20,000 nucleotides of DNA from Welwitschia mirabilis (Eukaryota): positions 24,248,399-24,268,398 of the forward strand of contig JBOZIK010000001.1 of assembly GCA_051453625.1 (NCBI GenBank). Reading direction: 5' to 3'. Positions 15,055 through 20,000 of this stretch are shown piece by piece (position 1 is the first letter of the stretch; every line of letters begins with the position of its first letter). The translations under genes were made by a program, and so were the position numbers. The notes under the pieces are model-generated. The model had not been told where the DNA came from. It searched no databases and saw only the letters and a list, made by a program, of their open reading frames with translations.

Positions 15055-16077
15055 AGATTGAGGTTTGGTTTTTCGTGTTCCATACCTTATACGGTGTAAC
15101 CCTTTTGAAATTTCTAAAAGCAAATTTGTAACAGCGACGAACAAGTCTCGGGGCTCCTCTACCTTCACCCTCGTTTTCTGAATAGCAATTGGGCGGCATG
15201 CTGGGCTCCTGCATGTCGCACAAATGGTGCAAGGTGCAAAATTTTATTATGACAAAGATCCAGAACGCGAAAAATGTCCAATATCAACGCAAATCACTCC
15301 TCGCTTCTCTCAATGTTTCTGTAAATTCCCACCTCTTCTGCTCTGGCTGTAATACCTTGCATTGTTTTTCCCACACACGTAACTGGGTCTGAAAATTCTC
15401 GACTCAAAGAGCTCTCCTTTGGTTCTGAAATGAGTATACCGTCTTCATCTGGCAGCCGGTGGATGGCTGGAGATGAGGATCCACGGAAATGTACGGCCTG
15501 CGAATATCAAAACAAAAACAAAAAAAAATTAATCGTTGTGTTTCGGGAAAAGAAATGGAGATTCGTCTTAGCATTTAGAGGCTGCTGTAGAAAGCGCGTT
15601 TTCTTGCCGTGTTACAACACCATCGGTCTCAAAGTTGCAGAAGGATCTTCGTTTAAACAAAGGGTAATTTCTCAAGCAAATTTTCATTCTATAAATTTGT
15701 GATCTTGAGTTTCAGGCTCTCACTTTTTGCAATTCGACCTCTGCTATGATTTTTGTTGCCCTATTTTGGCCACGATAAAATTCCAGGAAGAAGTGGCATC
15801 ATTTTTTAACAGAAAGTAAAACTTGAAGCCTGTGTGGAGTTTCCTGATCATTTAAGTGAATTTGGGTTGATTTTTAGCGTCCATTTGAGGTTTAGAATAG
15901 GGGACAGGCTTTGCTCGTCACTTCAAGAACTTCCGAGTCATCTGCTTTAAGAAATTCGGACCAGCGAGTGCGGCGGATCTGGCGAGATTGGAGGCATCAT
16001 GCATCTTTTACGTCTCGTCCTGCCGACGGCATATTCTCCGCCATCCCTATCGTTGTGGGGACCTGAGCATTAAATTT

Positions 16078-16730
16078 TAAGCACAAGAGAAACAGAGAAC
16101 ACTTCTTAAATGATCGATTACTTATTGATTGTGGTACTAACTCCCAGAATTTTCTTTTGGGCATTTAATGACATCATTGATTCATACTTACTTAGAACAG
16201 TGTTAGCATATCAAAAATTGTGAGCGAGCTAAACAGTCTAATATCTCATATTAAATGAGGTGTACAGCTGAAATGCACACTACAAGTTTTAAATTCAATG
16301 CCATGTGTCATCACCTCAATGCATGTAGTACATAATATGGGAGGTGGTTTAGCTTCTTCGCAAAAATTGTAGTGCGGAGGTGTCTTGTTATTCCATGCAA
16401 AATTGCCTTTCACATTGAGTTCTTTTCTTTTATTCTTTTTCATAGTTTTTACATTTTCTTGAGTTATGAGGTGGGTTTTGAAACAATTTACACGAAAAAT
16501 AAAAATCTAGATTTGAAATATTCTGTAGGTTCATTTTGTACGTCTTTTACTTGGAAAGTTTGTGGGTTTTTAAAATCCATGCTTTCATGAATGTCATGTT
16601 TATAGTTATTACAAGCATAGGGTTGGACTATATGCCTTATAGACTTTAGGTGCTTTACAAATCTTATGAAAAACTCTTTTATTTATATCTTTTACCCCTT
16701 TTTGTAAATCGTAATATAGGATGCATCCAA
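16078..16730 (+). repeat. Direct repeat copy 2, containing a MITE insertion
   Basis: Colinear with 14543-15054 apart from a 149 bp insertion (element plus one TSD). Confidence 0.9.
16222..16361. mobile_element. 140 bp non-autonomous Mutator-like (MULE) MITE
   Basis: Flanked by the 9 bp direct repeat AAAAATTGT (16213-16221 and 16362-16370). Termini are G...C with imperfect inverted ends GAGCGAGCTAAAC / GTTTAGCTTCTTCGC. The paralogous site at 14678-14686 has a single AAAAATTGT and no insert. Confidence 0.8.
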
Positions 16731-19700
16731 TACGATACTAAATAAAAGCCACACTATAACAGAGCACAAAAAGAGAGAGAAAAATGCTAATCACAACCCT
16801 TCGGGATGATAGCATTTAAATAAGAGTTACACCCTATTAAATATTAGATTGCAAAGTGCTAATAAAAGGATCTTTGAGAATTCCTTTTACAGCTTTATAT
16901 TGAAGCTTAACTAAAGAAATGATAAGCATTTGATCCCTTTTAGAAAAAGTGTTTATTCGGTCTCCTTGAAAAAAGGCATAACAATGACGCTTCCAGAGAA
17001 AGAACATGCTCTCTATAAGCAAAATCTGCCAAACAACATTAAATTGATTCTTGACAGTATCTTGCAGTAGAATAGAGAAAGGGTAGGAGAAAGANNNNNN
17101 NNNNNNNNNNNNNNNNNNNNNNNNNNNNNNNNNNNNNNNNNNNNNNNNNNNNNNNNNNNNNNNNNNNNNNNNNNNNNNNNNNNNNNNNNNNNNNNNNNNN
17201 NNNNNNNNNNNNNNNNNNNNNNNNNNNNNNNNNNNNNNNNNNNNNNNNNNNNNNNNNNNNNNNNNNNNNNNNNNNNNNNNNNNNNNNNNNNNNNNNNNNN
17301 NNNNNNNNNNNNNNNNNNNNNNNNNNNNNNNNNNNNNNNNNNNNNNNNNNNNNNNNNNNNNNNNNNNNNNNNNNNNNNNNNNNNNNNNNNNNNNNNNNNN
17401 NNNNNNNNNNNNNNNNNNNNNNNNNNNNNNNNNNNNNNNNNNNNNNNNNNNNNNNNNNNNNNNNNNNNNNNNNNNNNNNNNNNNNNNNNNNNNNNNNNNN
17501 NNNNNNNNNNNNNNNNNNNNNNNNNNNNNNNNNNNNNNNNNNNNNNNNNNNNNNNNNNNNNNNNNNNNNNNNNNNNNNNNNNNNNNNNNNNNNNNNNNNN
17601 NNNNNNNNNNNNNNNNNNNNNNNNNNNNNNNNNNNNNNNNNNNNNNNNNNNNNNNNNNNNNNNNNNNNNNNNNNNNNNNNNNNNNNNNNNNNNNNNNNNN
17701 NNNNNNNNNNNNNNNNNNNNNNNNNNNNNNNNNNNNNNNNNNNNNNNNNNNNNNNNNNNNNNNNNNNNNNNNNNNNNNNNNNNNNNNNNNNNNNNNNNNN
17801 NNNNNNNNNNNNNNNNNNNNNNNNNNNNNNNNNNNNNNNNNNNNNNNNNNNNNNNNNNNNNNNNNNNNNNNNNNNNNNNNNNNNNNNNNNNNNNNNNNNN
17901 NNNNNNNNNNNNNNNNNNNNNNNNNNNNNNNNNNNNNNNNNNNNNNNNNNNNNNNNNNNNNNNNNNNNNNNNNNNNNNNNNNNNNNNNNNNNNNNNNNNN
18001 NNNNNNNNNNNNNNNNNNNNNNNNNNNNNNNNNNNNNNNNNNNNNNNNNNNNNNNNNNNCGCTTCCAGAGAAAGAACATGCTCTTTATAAGCAAAATCTG
18101 CCAACCAACATTAAATTGATTCTTGAGAGCATCTTGCAGTAGAATAGAGAAAGGGTAGGAGAAAGAGATTCCAAATAAGTTAAATAACCAAGACCAAAGC
18201 TGCTCATCCACATGACATTCCCAAAGCACATGCTGAATGAACTCACTCATGTTACAAATTAGGCATTGAATGGGGCTGGCCCTGCTAAATTGGATCCATC
18301 TACTTATCGGGAGACCTTCATAAAGAAGANNNNNNNNNNGTTGCACTTTGGACTTTCATAATTTATGAAAAACTTGAGTTTTGGTTGCACTTTGGACTTT
18401 CATAATTTATGAAACAAATCCTTTCATTTATCCTTTGGCTAATCTAAATTTCAATTCTTATTCATTCAGGTATGAAAGCCATACTCCTTTTCGATCGAAG
18501 AGTAAGCCTTTTGTAACACCCCAACTTTAATTACCCTAACTAACCATAATATTTTTTTTTATATATTAATAACTAACATGCACAACGGAACCTAGGATCA
18601 AATCCTATTTAGACTCTATTAACACNNNNNNNNNNNNNNNNNNNNNNNNNNNNNNNNNNNNNNNNNNNNNNNNNNNNNNNNNNNNNNNNNNNNNNNNNNN
18701 NNNNNNNNNNNNNNNNNNNNNNNNNTGAGAAAAGGAAGATATTCCATCTGGAACTACCATTTGGCTTTATAAGATTGCCATCAAAGGATATGACTCCTTG
18801 ATTATTAACTAATAGTTAGCCTGTATGAAGAAGGCCTCTTTGAGCCATAATTCTAGCTTTAAACTTGAAGTTCTGAGCTAAAGGCAAGAAATTGAATTCA
18901 AAAGCTGGGAACCACAAAAAAGAGTGTACATTCAAATTATTTTGAGAGAGACCTTGAGGCTTCAAAGTAACATAGATTTTAACTTTATTTCAACAACTCC
19001 AAATTTGTTGAAAGAAGTGAGAACTTAGAAGCTTTACTTTCTCCTTGATCATAATCCAGTTANNNNNNNNNNNNNNNNNNNNNNNNNNNNNNNNNNNNNN
19101 NNNNNNNNNNNNNNNNNNNNNNNNNNNNNNNNNNNNNNNNNNNNNNNNNNNNNNNNNNNNNNNNNNNNNNNNNNNNNNNNNNNNNNNNNNNNNNNNNNNN
19201 NNNNNNNNNNNNNNNNNNNNNNNNNNNNNNNNNNNNNNNNNNNNNNNNNNNNNNNNNNNNNNNNNNNNNNNNNNNNNNNNNNNNNNNNNNNNNNNNNNNN
19301 NNNNNNNNNNNNNNNNNNNNNNNNNNNNNNNNNNNNNNNNNNNNNNNNNNNNNNNNNNNNNNNNNNNNNNNNNNNNNNNNNNNNNNNNNNNNNNNNNNNN
19401 NNNNNNNNNNNNNNNNNNNNNNNNNNNNNNNNNNNNNNNNNNNNNNNNNNNNNNNNNNNNNNNNNNNNNNNNNNNNNNNNNNNNNNNNNNNNNNNNNNNN
19501 NNNNNNNNNNNNNNNNNNNNNNNNNNNNNNNNNNNNNNNNNNNNNNNNNNNNNNNNNNNNNNNNNNNNNNNNNNNNNNNNNNNNNNNNNNNNNNNNNNNN
19601 NNNNNNNNNNNNNNNNNNNNNNNNNNNNNNNNNNNNNNNNNNNNNNNNNNNNNNNNNNNNNNNNNTACAATGAAAAGTTTTATGATTTTCCTTATCATCT

Positions 19701-19974
19701 TAGAGATAACACCAAAGGAGCTTATTAATAAAACCTAAAGTCTTTTTTGAAGGAGTCATAAAAGAGAGATAGTAAATTGGAATTGCACTCAGGATATGTT
19801 TTATTACCACTAATCTTCTTGTAAGAGAAAATGGTTTGAAAGCCCACTTGAGAATCTTATTTTGAAACTTTTCAACTACATTCTACCAAAGAGAGTTAAG
19901 AGTATCTTGAAGAGCCACGGGAATTCCTAAAAGAGAACATTTATTTGTTGGAGAAAGCCATTTAAAAGGAAACC
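16731..19974 (-). mobile_element. Degenerate L1-type LINE, 3' part of ORF2 (post-RT region, zf-RVT/CCHC) and 3' UTR, interrupted by gaps
   Basis: Minus-strand translations: 19666-19974 FPFKWL...LLGIPV...LW*NVVEKFQNKILKWAFKPFSLTRRLVVIKHILSAIPIYYLSF...INKLLWCYL*; ~18360-18420 LFHKL*KSKVQPKLKFF; 18060-18329 LLYEGLP...CLICNMSEFIQHVLWEC...LWSWL; 16837-17094 FFLWKRHCYAFFQ...*. These match plant L1 ORF2 C-terminal motifs in the expected order. Confidence 0.85.
18512..18626. mobile_element. Possible LTR terminus (Ty3/gypsy-like) nested in the LINE, truncated by a gap
   Basis: LINE-like coding sequence appears to be replaced by non-coding sequence beginning TGTAACACCCC, a common plant gypsy LTR terminus. 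LINE-like sequence resumes after the gap at 18726. Confidence 0.5.
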
Positions 19975-20000
19975 TGTTACACCCAGACGCCTGGGGTGAG

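Noticed and set aside
15957..15966. TCGGACCAG resembling the 5' end of miR166 (also near 2445)
   Set aside because: The match is only 9-10 nt and there is no precursor hairpin.
18340..18414. 31 bp direct repeat GTTGCACTTTGGACTTTCATAATTTATGAAA with internal palindrome (superficially CRISPR-like)
   Set aside because: There are only two copies with a 13 bp spacer, at a gap edge inside LINE coding sequence of a plant genome. It is a local duplication or assembly artefact.
17013..19728. Long ORFs of 212-435 aa in the ORF track
   Set aside because: They are artefacts of translating through N runs; only the flanking LINE-derived residues are real.

Overview
AT-rich plant nuclear DNA from a draft assembly with several N gaps. 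(1) 1-3352 is the 3' part of a degenerate Ty1/copia LTR retrotransposon with Sirevirus-like architecture: RNase H end, a disrupted extra 'env-like' ORF, multiple PPTs and a ~1.3 kb 3' LTR rich in decayed palindromic motifs. (2) 6938-11075 (+) is an intact 8-coding-exon ER-type Ca2+-ATPase gene (P2A/SERCA-like, ECA2/LCA1-like, 1047 aa by my exon assembly). It has a probable 5'-UTR intron, a leader region with several short uORFs, an in-frame stop-free last intron and a possible 3'-UTR intron. (3) 14543-16730 is a diverged ~510 bp direct repeat pair; the second copy carries a 140 bp Mutator-like MITE with a 9 bp TSD, and the first copy preserves the empty site. (4) ~16731-19974 (-) is a degenerate L1-type LINE ORF2 3' region, broken by gaps and possibly by nested LTR insertions. 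I see no clearly new biological system. The most interesting leads are the small hydrophobic uORFs ahead of the SERCA-type pump (speculative), the frame-preserving intron and the MITE with its empty site.
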